A stretch of DNA of 60,040 bases from Phycisphaerae bacterium (GTDB taxonomy: Bacteria; Planctomycetota; Phycisphaerae; WQYP01): positions 1 through 60,040 of the forward strand of contig JBBRWV010000004.1 of assembly GCA_038248985.1 (NCBI GenBank), in the 5' to 3' direction. Within the stretch, counting starts at the first letter, position 1; every line of letters starts with the position of its first letter. The notes below the pieces were generated by a model. It worked only from the letters and a program-made list of their open reading frames with translations. It had not been told where the DNA came from and did no database searches. The translations under genes and the position numbers were made by a program. Shown one piece after another: positions 19,173-30,476 of this stretch.

Positions 19173-20189
19173 ATGAGTGTCGTACCTATCACCAACGTTA
19201 TTCGCCGACTGAGTATCGTTCATGCCACAACTTACAGCTATGACCAGACGGTGACCAAGTCGGCCCACCGACTGCATCTGCGGCCGATCAACGATTGGCG
19301 ACAGCACGTCAGTGCCTATTCCCTGACAACGAATCCGCCGGTGGACGTCGTGGAATTTGAAGATGTTTTCGGCAACTTCATGGCCCGGTTTGACATCAAC
19401 ACACCGTATGCCGAGCTCTCAATCCGCGCCGAGAGCGTCGTGGAAGTGTTGGATATTGATCCCTTTCTATTCACGAAGAACCTGGCGAATCGACCCACGT
19501 TGCCGCTGGTGTGGATGCCGTGGGAATTAAAGATGCTGCAACCCTATCTGACACCGCAGGAATTGCCGGATACGCAATTGAAGGAGATATATGATTTCAC
19601 GACAGGGATCGCGGCACAGAATAATCAGGACATATTGGAGACATTGTTCGCGATCAACCTGACGCTATTCAAGGATTTCAAATATGTGCCGGGATCGACC
19701 ACGAATGCGACGACGCCCTTCGAAGTGTTGATGAACAAACAGGGAGTATGCCAAGATTTCGCGAATCTGTTCATCACCATGGCCCGGCTGCTGAGCCTGC
19801 CCGCGCGGTATGTGTGCGGATACATCTACACGGGGAACACCGGAGAGGCCCGGGCACAGTCGGACGCCTCGCATGCGTGGGTGCAGATTTACATTCCGAA
19901 TGCGGGCTGGAAAGACTTTGACCCGACGAATGGCAACATCCCGCATCTGGATCATGTGCGCGTCGGATACGGACGGAATTGGCGCGATACTGCGCCGGCG
20001 GCGGGGACGCTTTACTCGCCGGCCAATGAATTGATGAAAATTGATGTGCAGGTGATAGACCTGGCGAATGATCAACGAATGAAAACCCCGTTCACGCAAA
20101 TGACCAATCATGCATCAGGTTCTGCACCGCGATCAAGCACCACGGCGCAGGCACAGCAGCGCGGCCCCGGTGCTTCCGTGAAGGGGTGA
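19173..20189 (+). CDS. transglutaminase-like cysteine peptidase family protein (Bact_transglu_N + core)
   Basis: 338 aa. N-terminal [18 protein letters not shown]; Cys-His-Asp triad context [11 protein letters not shown] / [11 protein letters not shown] / DFDPTNG. Confidence 0.85.
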   Translation: MSVVPITNVIRRLSIVHATTYSYDQTVTKSAHRLHLRPINDWRQHVSAYSLTTNPPVDVVEFEDVFGNFMARFDINTPYAELSIRAESVVEVLDIDPFLFTKNLANRPTLPLVWMPWELKMLQPYLTPQELPDTQLKEIYDFTTGIAAQNNQDILETLFAINLTLFKDFKYVPGSTTNATTPFEVLMNKQGVCQDFANLFITMARLLSLPARYVCGYIYTGNTGEARAQSDASHAWVQIYIPNAGWKDFDPTNGNIPHLDHVRVGYGRNWRDTAPAAGTLYSPANELMKIDVQVIDLANDQRMKTPFTQMTNHASGSAPRSSTTAQAQQRGPGASVKG

Positions 20190-20362
20190 TACACGGCCCA
20201 CTGTTACGGGCAATCGGACACGGATTCTGTGCTGGCATAGCGGGGAGGGGTCTGCTATTCTTTTCAGCGGCGAGAGAAAATCCATTCAAGGAAACGTAGG
20301 GACTTAGTCACACCGTAGCTTGCGCGCGGTGGATGCATTGTTTTGTCTGGAGTTTCCGACGC

Positions 20363-23300
20363 ATGGCCATACATGTTGCACTCAATCATGTCACCCATTA
20401 CCAGTACGACCGCATGGTCAACATGTCGCCGCACATCGTGCGTCTGCGTCCGGCGCCGCACACGCGCACGCCCATCCATGCGTATTCACTGAAAATCACG
20501 CCCGAAGCGGGGAAACATTTCATCAATTGGCAGCAGGACCCGTATTCCAATTATCTAGCCCGGCTGGTTTTTCCAGAACCTGCCAAGGAATTGCGCGTGG
20601 AGGTAGACCTGGTCTGCGAAATGACGGTGATCAACCCCTTTGATTTTTTTGTGGAAGCATCGGCGGAGAAATCGCCGTTTGTTTATGAGCCGATTCTGCG
20701 GAAAGAATTGCTGCCCTATTTTGAAACGAGTGCGCCGGGGCCTTTGCTGGCGGCGCTGGTCAAGAAGCTGAAACGCAAGGACATTCGCACCATCGACTAC
20801 ATCGTAGAGATCAATGCGACACTGAACCGGATGCTGAAGTATCTGATCCGGTTGGAACCGGGTGTCCAAACGCCGGAAGAAACGTTGCAGACAAAGCTGG
20901 GATCATGCCGGGATTTCGCCTGGCTGCAGGTGCATTTGCTGCGGCATTTGGGCATGGCGGCGCGTTTTGTGTCGGGATATCTGATACAACTCGTGGCGGA
21001 TGTAAAGTCACTAGACGGGCCGTCGGGGACGGAAGTGGACTTCACCGATCTGCACGCCTGGGCCGAGGTGTATCTGCCGGGCGCGGGATGGATCGGGTTG
21101 GATGCCACATCAGGGCTGTTGACCGGCGAGGGGCATATTCCGCTGGCCTGCACGGCGGAGCCAATCTCCGCGGCGCCCATCACCGGTGCAACGGACACCT
21201 GTGAATCAGTATTGAAGCATACGATGTCCGTGCGGCGTGTGTATGAAGATCCGCGAGTGACGAAGCCCTATACCGATGAAGAGTGGTTGGAAATTGAAGC
21301 GCTGGGGCACCTGGTCGATCGCAAGTTGAAGGCTGGGGATGTGCGTTTGACGATGGGTGGCGAGCCAACATTCATTTCGATCGATGATATGGATGGCGCG
21401 GAGTGGAACACGGCGGCCATGGGGCTGCTGAAGAGAAAACTAGGTGGGCAGTTGTTCAAGCGCCTGCGAACGCGATTTGCCGCGGGCGGCTTTTTGCATT
21501 TTGGACAGGGGAAGTGGTATCCCGGCGAATCTTTGCCGCGCTGGGCGCTGGGATGCTATTGGCGGAAGGATGGCCAGCCGATCTGGCAGGAGCCAGCGTT
21601 GATCGCCGACGATGAAACGGATTACGGCCATGGCGAAAAGGACGCGAAGCGTTTCATCACTGAGCTGGCGCATCGCCTGGGGGTGGCGCCGGAGTATGCA
21701 CTGCCCGGATATGAAGATGCGTTTTACTATCTGTGGAAAGAGCGGAGATTGCCAACGAACGTCGATCCGTTCGACAGCAAGTTGGAGAACCAGGAAGATC
21801 GGGCGCGACTGGCCAAGGTATTTGAACAGGGGCTTGAGAAGGTGGTGGGTTATGCCCTGCCGTTGAAGCCGACCGGGCGGTCTGCGGCGCGATGGGCATC
21901 GGGGAGTTGGCGCTTCCGTGCAGAGCGAATGTATTTGTTGCCGGGGGATTCGCCGATGGGATTCCGGCTGCCGCTGGATTCACTGGCCTGGGTGACGAAG
22001 AGCGACTATCCGTCGGTGTACGAGCGTGACCCGTTTGAAGTCGTGCCAGCATTGCCTGAACCGCGCTTGGCGCGGCAAAGATACATAGGAAAACCTACGG
22101 AGACGAGCACACCTGAAGGCGATCGCGAGCAGAAGTTGGATGGCCCCCCCACCACACTTGATCGTGCGGCACTCGAAGGTGTAGGGATGGCGCATCCGCA
22201 TGCCATCGGAAAAATTGCATCGGGAGGCTATGAGGAACCTACCAGTGGCGCGGCGATGGGCGTGGGGAAATCCGCGATCTTGACGCTGGGAAAATCTGCG
22301 CCGAACGCCATTCGCACGGCGTTGTGTGTGGAGACCCGAAAAGGGAAATTGCACATATTCATGCCCCCGATGCGCTACATCGAAGACTACATCGATCTGG
22401 TGGAAACCATTGAAGAGACGGCGTCAAAACTGAAAACGCCGGTGGTGATTGAGGGTTACACGCCGCCCCACGATCCACGGATCAATCATTTGAAGGTAAC
22501 GCCTGATCCGGGCGTGATCGAAGTGAACGTGCAGCCGGTACACACGTGGGACGACGCCGTGAAGGTGACCAACGGACTGTATGAGGATGCGTACTATTCG
22601 CGATTGGGCACCGATAAATTCATGGTCGATGGGCGTCACTCGGGAACGGGTGGCGGGAACCATATTGTGGTCGGCGGGGAGGTGCCTCAAGATTCGCCGT
22701 TTTTGCGGCGGCCCGATCTGCTAAAGTCGCTGGTGGCATACTGGCACAATCATCCTTCCTTGTCGTACCTCTTTTCCGGCCTGTTTATTGGTCCGACCTC
22801 CCAAGCGCCGCGCGCCGATGAAGGGCGATCGGACAATCTGTACGAGTTGGAAATTGCAATACAGCAGGTGAAGCCGGGCATTGCTCCGCAACCGTGGCTG
22901 GTAGATCGATTGTTCCGAAACCTGCTGATCGATCTGACGGGCAATACCCATCGCGCGGAATTCTGCATCGACAAGATGTATTCACCGGACTCCTCGAGCG
23001 GGCGGTTGGGCCTCGTGGAATTCCGCGGTTTTGAGATGCCACCGCACCCGCGGATGTCGCTCACGCAGCAATTGCTGTTGCGTTCGCTGATAGCGCGGTT
23101 CTGGGAAAAGCCCTATGACGCGCCACTGGTGCGCTGGGGCACGGAATTGCACGACCGGTTTCTTCTGCCGCATTTTGTTTCCGCCGATTTTGAGGACGTG
23201 CTTTCGGGCCTCAATTCCGCGGGATTTCCCTTAATGAAAAAGTGGTTTGCGCCGCACTTTGAGTTTCGGTTTCCCATTCACGGATATGTGGATTTGGCAC

Positions 23301-23818
23301 ATATTGGGGGAATCCACTTGGAACTCCGGCAGGCAATCGAGCCATGGAACGTGCTGGGCGAAGAGCCGGCCGGCGGCGGGACGGCGAGATTTGTCGACTC
23401 GTCGGTGGAGCGGTTGCAAGTAAAAGTGACCGGCCGCGTGAACCCGCGTCATGTGCTGGCGGTCAACGGTGTGGCGGTTCCTCTGCACAACACCGGTCGT
23501 GTGGGTGAGTTTGTCGCCGGGGTGCGCTATCGGGCGTGGCAGCCGCCCTCGTGTCTGCATCCGACAATTCCAGCCCATGGGCCGCTGGTTTTCGACCTGG
23601 TGGATACGTGGAATGACAAGTCTGTCGGGGGATGCACGTATAATGTGGCTCACCCGGGCGGGCGGTCTTACGATGATTTCCCGATCAATGCGTTTGCTGC
23701 CGAGGCACGGCGCGTGGCACGATTCTTCAAGTTTGGCCATACTCCGGGAACGATCAAGGTCCGGACGGTGACCCCTTCGCTGGAGTTTCCCCTCACGATG
23801 GACTTGCGCAGGTCATAG
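20363..23818 (+). CDS. large transglutaminase-like protein with a C-terminal DUF2126 (GS-like putative amidoligase) region
   Basis: About 1151 aa from the ATG at 20363 (MAIHVALNHVTHYQYDR). Transglutaminase triad LGSCRDFAWLQ / DLHAWAEVYLP / GLDATSG. The long C-terminal region with GRHSGTGGGNHIVVGG is typical of DUF2126. Confidence 0.8.
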   Translation: MAIHVALNHVTHYQYDRMVNMSPHIVRLRPAPHTRTPIHAYSLKITPEAGKHFINWQQDPYSNYLARLVFPEPAKELRVEVDLVCEMTVINPFDFFVEASAEKSPFVYEPILRKELLPYFETSAPGPLLAALVKKLKRKDIRTIDYIVEINATLNRMLKYLIRLEPGVQTPEETLQTKLGSCRDFAWLQVHLLRHLGMAARFVSGYLIQLVADVKSLDGPSGTEVDFTDLHAWAEVYLPGAGWIGLDATSGLLTGEGHIPLACTAEPISAAPITGATDTCESVLKHTMSVRRVYEDPRVTKPYTDEEWLEIEALGHLVDRKLKAGDVRLTMGGEPTFISIDDMDGAEWNTAAMGLLKRKLGGQLFKRLRTRFAAGGFLHFGQGKWYPGESLPRWALGCYWRKDGQPIWQEPALIADDETDYGHGEKDAKRFITELAHRLGVAPEYALPGYEDAFYYLWKERRLPTNVDPFDSKLENQEDRARLAKVFEQGLEKVVGYALPLKPTGRSAARWASGSWRFRAERMYLLPGDSPMGFRLPLDSLAWVTKSDYPSVYERDPFEVVPALPEPRLARQRYIGKPTETSTPEGDREQKLDGPPTTLDRAALEGVGMAHPHAIGKIASGGYEEPTSGAAMGVGKSAILTLGKSAPNAIRTALCVETRKGKLHIFMPPMRYIEDYIDLVETIEETASKLKTPVVIEGYTPPHDPRINHLKVTPDPGVIEVNVQPVHTWDDAVKVTNGLYEDAYYSRLGTDKFMVDGRHSGTGGGNHIVVGGEVPQDSPFLRRPDLLKSLVAYWHNHPSLSYLFSGLFIGPTSQAPRADEGRSDNLYELEIAIQQVKPGIAPQPWLVDRLFRNLLIDLTGNTHRAEFCIDKMYSPDSSSGRLGLVEFRGFEMPPHPRMSLTQQLLLRSLIARFWEKPYDAPLVRWGTELHDRFLLPHFVSADFEDVLSGLNSAGFPLMKKWFAPHFEFRFPIHGYVDLAHIGGIHLELRQAIEPWNVLGEEPAGGGTARFVDSSVERLQVKVTGRVNPRHVLAVNGVAVPLHNTGRVGEFVAGVRYRAWQPPSCLHPTIPAHGPLVFDLVDTWNDKSVGGCTYNVAHPGGRSYDDFPINAFAAEARRVARFFKFGHTPGTIKVRTVTPSLEFPLTMDLRRS

Positions 23819-23901
23819 GTCAAAAAAACTACGGAATTCTGACTGCAGAAATCAGAAATTTAGGTCGATCTCCATTATTCTGAATCTCATGGTTCTGCAT
23901 C

Positions 23902-26568
23902 ATGCAGAACCCTTGGCCGCCGGACCCGAACTCTATGCAAACTGACCTGCCCACCAACATGGAAGACGATTCGCCCCCACCCGGGGCGGCCGAGTTGCCA
24001 CCACGGCAGACCCAAGACCGTCCCACGCACTCCGGGTTATGCGGCGCGTACGTCCCGCCAGCAACTATCTTCGATGAAATGGAAGAACGTGATGGCTCGG
24101 TGCGGCCGCACTGGAACATGTTTGTCAACCTGCTCGATGATCTGGGGCCCACAGAATTGCATCGGCGGTGGGACACGGCCCGGCAGTTGATCCATGACAA
24201 CGGCGTTACGTACAACGTATATGGCGATCCTGCGGGGATGGATCGCCCATGGAATCTGGACGCAATTCCCATGCTGTTTGGGCCGGAAGAATGGCAGCGG
24301 CTGGCCGATGGGTTGACGCAGCGGGCACGCTTGTTTGACGCAATTCTGTTCGACATTTACGGGCCCCAACGCACTCTGCATGAGGGAATACTGCCGCACG
24401 AACTCATTTTTTCCCATCCCAATTTCCTGCGCCCCATGCACGGCGTGCAGACGCCGGGATCGCGGTGGATGCATCTATACGCGGCTGATGTTTGCCGAGG
24501 TCCGGACGGGAATCTGTGGGTAATGGGCGATCGGACGCAGGCGCCGTCGGGGGCGGGTTATGCTTTAGAGAATCGGCTGGTGATCAGCCGGGCCCTGCCG
24601 GATGTATTTCGCGATTGCCGCGTGCGCCGATTGGCTACCTACTTCCGCACGATGCGCGAGACCCTCAAAGCGTTGGCGCCGCACGATCGCGATAATCCGC
24701 GCATCGTCCTGCTGACTCCGGGCCCGTACAACGAAACATACTTTGAGCACGCCTACCTGGCTCGATACCTGGGGTACACGCTGGTGGAAGCCGGCGATTT
24801 GACGGTGCGCGATAACCACGTCTACCTGAAAACGCTCGGAGGTTTGCAGCAGGTCGATGTCGTATTGCGGCGTCAGGACGATGATTTCTGCGATGCGTTG
24901 GAATTGCGAAATGAATCCACCCTGGGCATACCGGGGCTCGTGCAAGCCGTGTACGCGGGGAACGTGGCGATCGCCAATGCCCTGGGGTCGGGGATTCTTG
25001 AAACGCCGGCGCTTCTGGGATATCTGCCGCGACTATGCAAATTTCTGCTGGGCGAAGAGTTGAGAATGCCGTCGGTCAACTCCTTCTGGTGCGGCGAGGC
25101 GACGGGGCGCAGCCATGTGCTGGCAAATCTGCATCGAATGGTAATTAAGCTGTTTTGTCCGGGGCCCAAGCGCGAAGTGCTTTTTGGCAAACAACTCAGC
25201 CAGAGGCAATTGGAGGATCTGCGGGCACGAATTCTGGCTTGCCCGCGCGAATTTGTCGGTGAGGAGCAAATCACGCTGTCCACGGCGCCGGTGTTGGTGG
25301 GGAATAAAGTGGTGCCGCGGCACGTCTCGATCCGGGCGCACCTCGTGGCGACTCCGGATGGTTACGCCGTGATGCCGGGTGGGTTGACGCGATTCTCCGC
25401 GTCGGCCGACACGATGGTGGTATCGATGCAAAAGGGGGGTGGGTCGAAGGACACGTGGGTGTTGTCGGGCGGGCCGGTCGACCCGTTTTCGTTGCTTCAG
25501 CCGGCCGGTCAAGCGGTGGAAATCAACCGATCAGGCGGTGATTTACCCTCTCGAGTGGCGGATAATCTCTATTGGTTGGGGCGCTATATGGAGCGTGCCG
25601 AGGGACTCGCTCGCGTGTGCCGGGGAACCTTGGCGCGCCTGGCGGACACCAACCTGGAAGCCGCGCCGGAGCTGCTGACATTGCTGACCACGCTGTCACG
25701 CGAAGGGTCGGGCGAGGGCACCACCGAGAAGGCAGATCTGGCGGCGCACCCAGAGCAGCGATTGGCCCGCATTCTCTTTGATGAAACGTATCCCCAAGGC
25801 CTGCAGTCAACGCTCGGATCGATCTACCGGATCGCCAGCCTGGTGCGTGACCGCATCTCGGTCGATACTTGGCGAATCATTAACCGCTTCGACGAGGACT
25901 TTCCGTCAACCGGAAATCTAGATGTGCAGATCAACGAAATTTTGCCCGCGCTCGACCGCCTGATTATCACCTTCGCGGCGTTCGGCGGTCTGGCGATGGA
26001 ATCCATGACGCGCGGACATGCGTGGCGCTTTCTGGACATGGGCCGTCGAGTTGAACGTTCCCTGCAGCTGATCGCATTGTTGCGCGGCACGCTGGCCCAA
26101 AGCATTCGTCGCGAGTCGGCGTTGCTCGAAGCCGTGCTCGAAATTGCCGACAGCGCCCTGACTTATCGGCGACGCTATTTGAGCACCTTACAGGTGGCAC
26201 CGGTGCTCGATCTTCTCCTGTGCGATGAATCCAATCCGCGAGCGGTGGCCTTTCAGTTGAGCTGGCTGACGGAGCATGTCGAAGCATTGCCGCGTGCGGG
26301 AGGAACCACCAAACGCAGCGCCGAGGAACGCATTCTGTTGCGCATTTTGACCGCCGTTCGCTTGCTCGATGTAAACGCCGAAGCCACCGTGGATGCCAGC
26401 GGCCGGCGCCCGCGACTGGAGCATTTACTTACCGCTTTGAGCACAGATGTTTATTCGCTCTCGGACATGATCAGCCAAAGCTACCTGAGCCACGCAGTGG
26501 CGAGTCGCCAGTTGGGAACCATGATACACAACATAAGACATGACACGCATTTTCAGATCGACACATAG
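23902..26568 (+). CDS. fusion protein: circularly permuted type-2 ATP-grasp domain + alpha-E domain
   Basis: 888 aa. The N-terminal half ([54 protein letters not shown]) is paralogous to 28887..30410. From about aa 545, SRVADNLYWLGRYMERAEGLARV is paralogous to 30477..31478. Confidence 0.85.
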   Translation: MQNPWPPDPNSMQTDLPTNMEDDSPPPGAAELPPRQTQDRPTHSGLCGAYVPPATIFDEMEERDGSVRPHWNMFVNLLDDLGPTELHRRWDTARQLIHDNGVTYNVYGDPAGMDRPWNLDAIPMLFGPEEWQRLADGLTQRARLFDAILFDIYGPQRTLHEGILPHELIFSHPNFLRPMHGVQTPGSRWMHLYAADVCRGPDGNLWVMGDRTQAPSGAGYALENRLVISRALPDVFRDCRVRRLATYFRTMRETLKALAPHDRDNPRIVLLTPGPYNETYFEHAYLARYLGYTLVEAGDLTVRDNHVYLKTLGGLQQVDVVLRRQDDDFCDALELRNESTLGIPGLVQAVYAGNVAIANALGSGILETPALLGYLPRLCKFLLGEELRMPSVNSFWCGEATGRSHVLANLHRMVIKLFCPGPKREVLFGKQLSQRQLEDLRARILACPREFVGEEQITLSTAPVLVGNKVVPRHVSIRAHLVATPDGYAVMPGGLTRFSASADTMVVSMQKGGGSKDTWVLSGGPVDPFSLLQPAGQAVEINRSGGDLPSRVADNLYWLGRYMERAEGLARVCRGTLARLADTNLEAAPELLTLLTTLSREGSGEGTTEKADLAAHPEQRLARILFDETYPQGLQSTLGSIYRIASLVRDRISVDTWRIINRFDEDFPSTGNLDVQINEILPALDRLIITFAAFGGLAMESMTRGHAWRFLDMGRRVERSLQLIALLRGTLAQSIRRESALLEAVLEIADSALTYRRRYLSTLQVAPVLDLLLCDESNPRAVAFQLSWLTEHVEALPRAGGTTKRSAEERILLRILTAVRLLDVNAEATVDASGRRPRLEHLLTALSTDVYSLSDMISQSYLSHAVASRQLGTMIHNIRHDTHFQIDT

Positions 26569-26594
26569 AATCTGGGTTGAAAGGCGCGGCATTC

Positions 26595-27488
26595 ATGCCC
26601 CAATATCGCATACGTCATCTCACCCGTTATACATACGAGGAACCCGTGTCGGTCTGCCACAACCTGGCACATTTGCTGCCGCGCCAAAGCCCCCGCCATT
26701 TTTGGTCGTATGCCGATCTGGAGATTTCCCCGGTGCCCGCCGTTCATTCGGAACGAATCGATTACTTCGGAAATCGCCTGACTTTTTTTGCGATTCAGGA
26801 GCCGCATCGCGAACTCAACGTTCTTGCGAAATCGATTGTCAAGATTGAACCCACAGGCGAAGAAAATATAAGCCTCTTCGGCAGCCCCGCGGCTGCGTCG
26901 TGGGAATCCGTTCGTGACCACATGTGCGAGCGGCTCTGGGGAGACGATCTCGAGGCGTCACAGTTCGTGTATGAATCGCCCGGCGTCCAGGCCACCCCCG
27001 AAGTCCATGATTATGCCCAAGTAAGCTTCACGCCCAACCGGCCCATCGGCGAGGCCCTGCTCGACCTGACCTCGCGAATCCACCATGAATTTGTCTACGA
27101 TACCAAAGCGACAACGGCCACGACGACTCTCCCGGAAATCATGAACGCCCGTCGCGGCGTCTGTCAGGATTTCGCCCATCTGCAAATTGGCTGCTTGCGA
27201 TCCCTCGGGCTTCCCGCACGTTATGTTTCCGGATATCTCCTGACGGTGCCTCCGCCGGGAACTGCCCGGTTGGTCGGGGCGGATGCTTCCCATGCGTGGC
27301 TCAGTTTGTATATTCCCGGCCATGGGTGGCTGGACATTGACCCGACCAATGATCTGATTCCTTCGGAAAAGCACATCACCATTGCCTGGGGACGGGATTT
27401 CGGCGATGTTTCACCATTGCGCGGGGTGATATTGGGTGGCGGCAAACATACCATTCATGTTTCCGTCGATGTTTCTCCGTTAAAGTAG
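26595..27488 (+). CDS. transglutaminase-like cysteine peptidase family protein
   Basis: MPQYRIRHLTRYTYEEPVS start at 26595. Triad RRGVCQDFAHLQ / ASHAWLSLYIP / DIDPTND. Confidence 0.85.
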   Translation: MPQYRIRHLTRYTYEEPVSVCHNLAHLLPRQSPRHFWSYADLEISPVPAVHSERIDYFGNRLTFFAIQEPHRELNVLAKSIVKIEPTGEENISLFGSPAAASWESVRDHMCERLWGDDLEASQFVYESPGVQATPEVHDYAQVSFTPNRPIGEALLDLTSRIHHEFVYDTKATTATTTLPEIMNARRGVCQDFAHLQIGCLRSLGLPARYVSGYLLTVPPPGTARLVGADASHAWLSLYIPGHGWLDIDPTNDLIPSEKHITIAWGRDFGDVSPLRGVILGGGKHTIHVSVDVSPLK

Positions 27489-27496
27489 CTCCGCCA

Positions 27497-28693
27497 ATGC
27501 GTCTAAGGAGTCCGAGCGTGAACCCCAAAGAATCCACTGATGATCAAACACTCGACCTGCTGGCGCACACGCCCTTTCCCAAGCTGGCCCAAGCCCTGCG
27601 CGTTCGCATTCCCTCCGTCATCCTCAAGTGGGAAGCGGCGGTGGTGGTTATTTTACCCAAGGCCGACACCCTGACTCTGAAAGAATTGCGCAACTCCCTG
27701 CCCCAGATTCTGGTGAAGATTGCGGATGCCTTGGAAACGGATGAGGCCGGCCCAACGCAGGACCTGATCGAAGGCAGCAAAATTCATGGTATTGCACGAA
27801 TTCATGATGAATACAATGTGTGCGAATTGCTCGTAGAGTACCGCCTCCTTCGACGAATTCTTTTTGAACAAGTGGCCGAACAACTCGATGAACCCGTCAG
27901 CAAGAACCAGATGATCGCGCTGAACATGGCCGTTGACACCACCATTCAGAGCGGAATAGTGGCCTTCACTGATTTTCAACGGGGGCAAATCAAGGCGGGG
28001 TCGGAGGTTCAAGCTAAATACCTTTCCTTTCTTTCGCATGACCTGCGCAACCATTTGAACCATGCAACGTTGACCCTGGAACTTCTGGGGCGACGCCTGG
28101 AACGAAACCCGGGGTTCACCGAAAGCGTCAAGGACGTCGTTTCAATTCAGCGGAGTATTTTCCAGACCATTGCGGGCATGGACCGTTTGCTTAGGGCCGA
28201 ACAGTTGCGCAATCAAAGCATCAAACTCAACCTCGGGCCCGTGGACCTCCAACGTATGTTTGCGGAAGTCGTCAGCATTGCTTTTTCAGAGGCGCAGGCC
28301 AAGGGGCTTTCGATCGACGCCATCACCCCCTCGGGCGCACAAATAGTCAGTGATCGCGACTTGCTGATGCTGGTCTTGCACAATCTGGTGGGCAACGCCG
28401 TCAAGTACAGTTCTAGGGGCAAAATTCAAATTAGCGCCGATGAAGCGCCGGATCCTGCGCGTGGCTGGATATTGAGTGTCAGTGATCAAGGTCCGGGGAT
28501 CGCTCCGGAACACCTGCAGCATCTGTTTGAAGCATTTCGACGTGGTGACACGCATGGGCAGTCCGGACTGGGTCTGGGCCTATCCATCGCGTCGCACGCG
28601 GCGAAATTGCTGGATGGACGGCTGGAGATTGATTCGACCGTCGGAAAAGGCTCGACATTCTCACTGCATCTCCCGGCCGCAAAATCTACGTAA
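27497..28693 (+). CDS. cytoplasmic sensor histidine kinase with an RsbRD_N-like (globin-fold) N-terminal domain; no adjacent response regulator
   Basis: H-box FLSHDLRNHLN, N-box LVGNAVKYS, G1 DQGPGI, G2 GLGLGLSI. No hydrophobic TM segment. The N-terminal ~170 aa (VILKWEAAV..LRNSLPQIL..IHGIARIHDEYNVCELLVEYRLLRRIL) fits the RsbRD_N pattern. Starts 8 nt after the upstream stop. Confidence 0.85.
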   Translation: MRLRSPSVNPKESTDDQTLDLLAHTPFPKLAQALRVRIPSVILKWEAAVVVILPKADTLTLKELRNSLPQILVKIADALETDEAGPTQDLIEGSKIHGIARIHDEYNVCELLVEYRLLRRILFEQVAEQLDEPVSKNQMIALNMAVDTTIQSGIVAFTDFQRGQIKAGSEVQAKYLSFLSHDLRNHLNHATLTLELLGRRLERNPGFTESVKDVVSIQRSIFQTIAGMDRLLRAEQLRNQSIKLNLGPVDLQRMFAEVVSIAFSEAQAKGLSIDAITPSGAQIVSDRDLLMLVLHNLVGNAVKYSSRGKIQISADEAPDPARGWILSVSDQGPGIAPEHLQHLFEAFRRGDTHGQSGLGLGLSIASHAAKLLDGRLEIDSTVGKGSTFSLHLPAAKST

Positions 28694-28886
28694 GGCTGGG
28701 ATGCCGCTCAACTGCGCATCGCGGCCCCCCTTTCCCGCGCCAACTGCCTAATGTCAAGGCACCACTTCGAGTAATATCCCCATTATCCTGCCAAAAACGA
28801 CGGCGAAAGTCGGAACTCGCTTTGCGGTGCCTGGTTCCATTATGATGCCATTTCAAACAGCAACGGCGGACCTGAAACCTTCACGG

Positions 28887-30410
28887 ATGTCCATGACGAA
28901 GCTCGACTTTGCGAATTACGCAACCGACGGCTACTTCGACGAACTGTTCGAAGCAACGGGGAAACCGCGCGCTGGTTCAGCGTTACTCACCCAGCGAATT
29001 GCCTCCCTCCCGGCCGGAGAGTTGCTGGCGCGCCAGAAGGCAGCCGAGGCGGCCCTCCTGCAAATGGGAATCACCTTCGCCGTCTACGGTGACAAATCCG
29101 GAACGGAAAAAATCTTCCCCTTTGACTTGATTCCTCGGGTCGTGGAAGCGGCCGACTGGGCAGTTCTGGAACGTGGTCTCAAACAGAGAACGCACGCGCT
29201 CAATTGCTTCTTGACGGATATCTATAACGAGCAAAAAATTGTCAAGGACAAGGTGATTCCTGCAGAACTAATCCTGTCAGCAACCACCTTCCGCCGACAG
29301 ATGGTGGGCTTCACGCCGCCCAAAGGCATTTGGGCGCATGTGACCGGTACCGATTTGGTTCGCGATACCGACGGACAATTTTACGTGCTTGAAGACAACA
29401 TGCGCTGCCCGTCCGGCGTCTCTTATGTATTGGAAAACCGGGAGATATTGAAACGTACGCTGCCAAAAGTGTTCGAAGCCTGCGGCGTGCGTCCGGTGCA
29501 TGAATATCCGAATCGCCTGCGCGAAATGCTGCAATATCTGGCGCCCGAAGGCCTGACCAATCCGAACGTGGTGACGCTGACGCCAGGGATCTACAACTCC
29601 GCATATTTCGAGCATTCCTTTCTGAGCCAGCAAATGGGCGTTCCATTGGTCGAGGGGCGAGATCTGGTAATTCGCGAGGGGTACGTGATGATGCGTACAA
29701 CCAAAGGATATGAACGTGCGGATGTAATCTACCGCCGAATAGATGATGATTTCCTGGATCCCAAGGCCTTCCGTGCGGATTCGTTGCTGGGCGTGCCGGG
29801 AATCATGGAGGTCTACAAGGCGGGTCGCGTAGCGATGGCAAACGCGCCGGGGACTGGCATCGCCGACGACAAGGCGGTTTACGCGTTCGTCACCAAGATC
29901 ATTAAGTATTACCTCGGCGAGGAAGCCATCCTGCCCAACGTACCCACGTTTGTATGTTCCGACCCCAAGGATTGCGCCCACGTGGTGGCCAATATCCAAA
30001 ACATGGTAGTCAAAGCCGCCAATGAATCCGGGGGCTACGGCATGCTTATCGGCCCGCACTCTTCCCGACAGCAGTGTGAAGAATTCAAGCTGAAGGTATT
30101 GGGCAATCCCCGGAACTATGTGGCCCAGCCGATGGTGGCGCTGTCGCGCGTGCCGGTGATTGTGGACGACCATTTTGAGGGCCGTCATGTGGATTTGCGG
30201 CCGTACATCCTGAACGGAAAGGATATTTACGTGATGCCGGGGGGCTTGACGCGCGTGGCGCTGCGCAAGGGCTCGATCGTGGTAAACTCCTCGCAGGGCG
30301 GAGGATCTAAAGATACTTGGGTGCTCAGCGATGCACCCGCCAGTGATAAACTGAAGAGTTCCAGTCAAAGTCAATCTCAGCACCAGGCGATGGGCGATGA
30401 TGAGTTCTGA
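28887..30410 (+). CDS. circularly permuted type-2 ATP-grasp protein (stand-alone)
   Basis: [75 protein letters not shown]. The start is uncertain: in-frame candidates at 28827 (GTG), 28842, 28887 and 28893. Confidence 0.85.
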   Translation: MSMTKLDFANYATDGYFDELFEATGKPRAGSALLTQRIASLPAGELLARQKAAEAALLQMGITFAVYGDKSGTEKIFPFDLIPRVVEAADWAVLERGLKQRTHALNCFLTDIYNEQKIVKDKVIPAELILSATTFRRQMVGFTPPKGIWAHVTGTDLVRDTDGQFYVLEDNMRCPSGVSYVLENREILKRTLPKVFEACGVRPVHEYPNRLREMLQYLAPEGLTNPNVVTLTPGIYNSAYFEHSFLSQQMGVPLVEGRDLVIREGYVMMRTTKGYERADVIYRRIDDDFLDPKAFRADSLLGVPGIMEVYKAGRVAMANAPGTGIADDKAVYAFVTKIIKYYLGEEAILPNVPTFVCSDPKDCAHVVANIQNMVVKAANESGGYGMLIGPHSSRQQCEEFKLKVLGNPRNYVAQPMVALSRVPVIVDDHFEGRHVDLRPYILNGKDIYVMPGGLTRVALRKGSIVVNSSQGGGSKDTWVLSDAPASDKLKSSSQSQSQHQAMGDDEF

Positions 30411-30476
30411 TTGACAAATCAGCAATGATCGATGGCGGAAGGCTTTGATCCACCAGTCGTTTACACCGGAGGGTTC

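Noticed and set aside
28694-28886. Search for a small precursor-peptide ORF in the gaps of the amidoligase supercluster (also 20190-20362 and 23819-23901)
   Set aside because: Only trivial ORFs were found (e.g. the 7-codon ATG at 28755), with no RBS. There is no convincing candidate substrate peptide.
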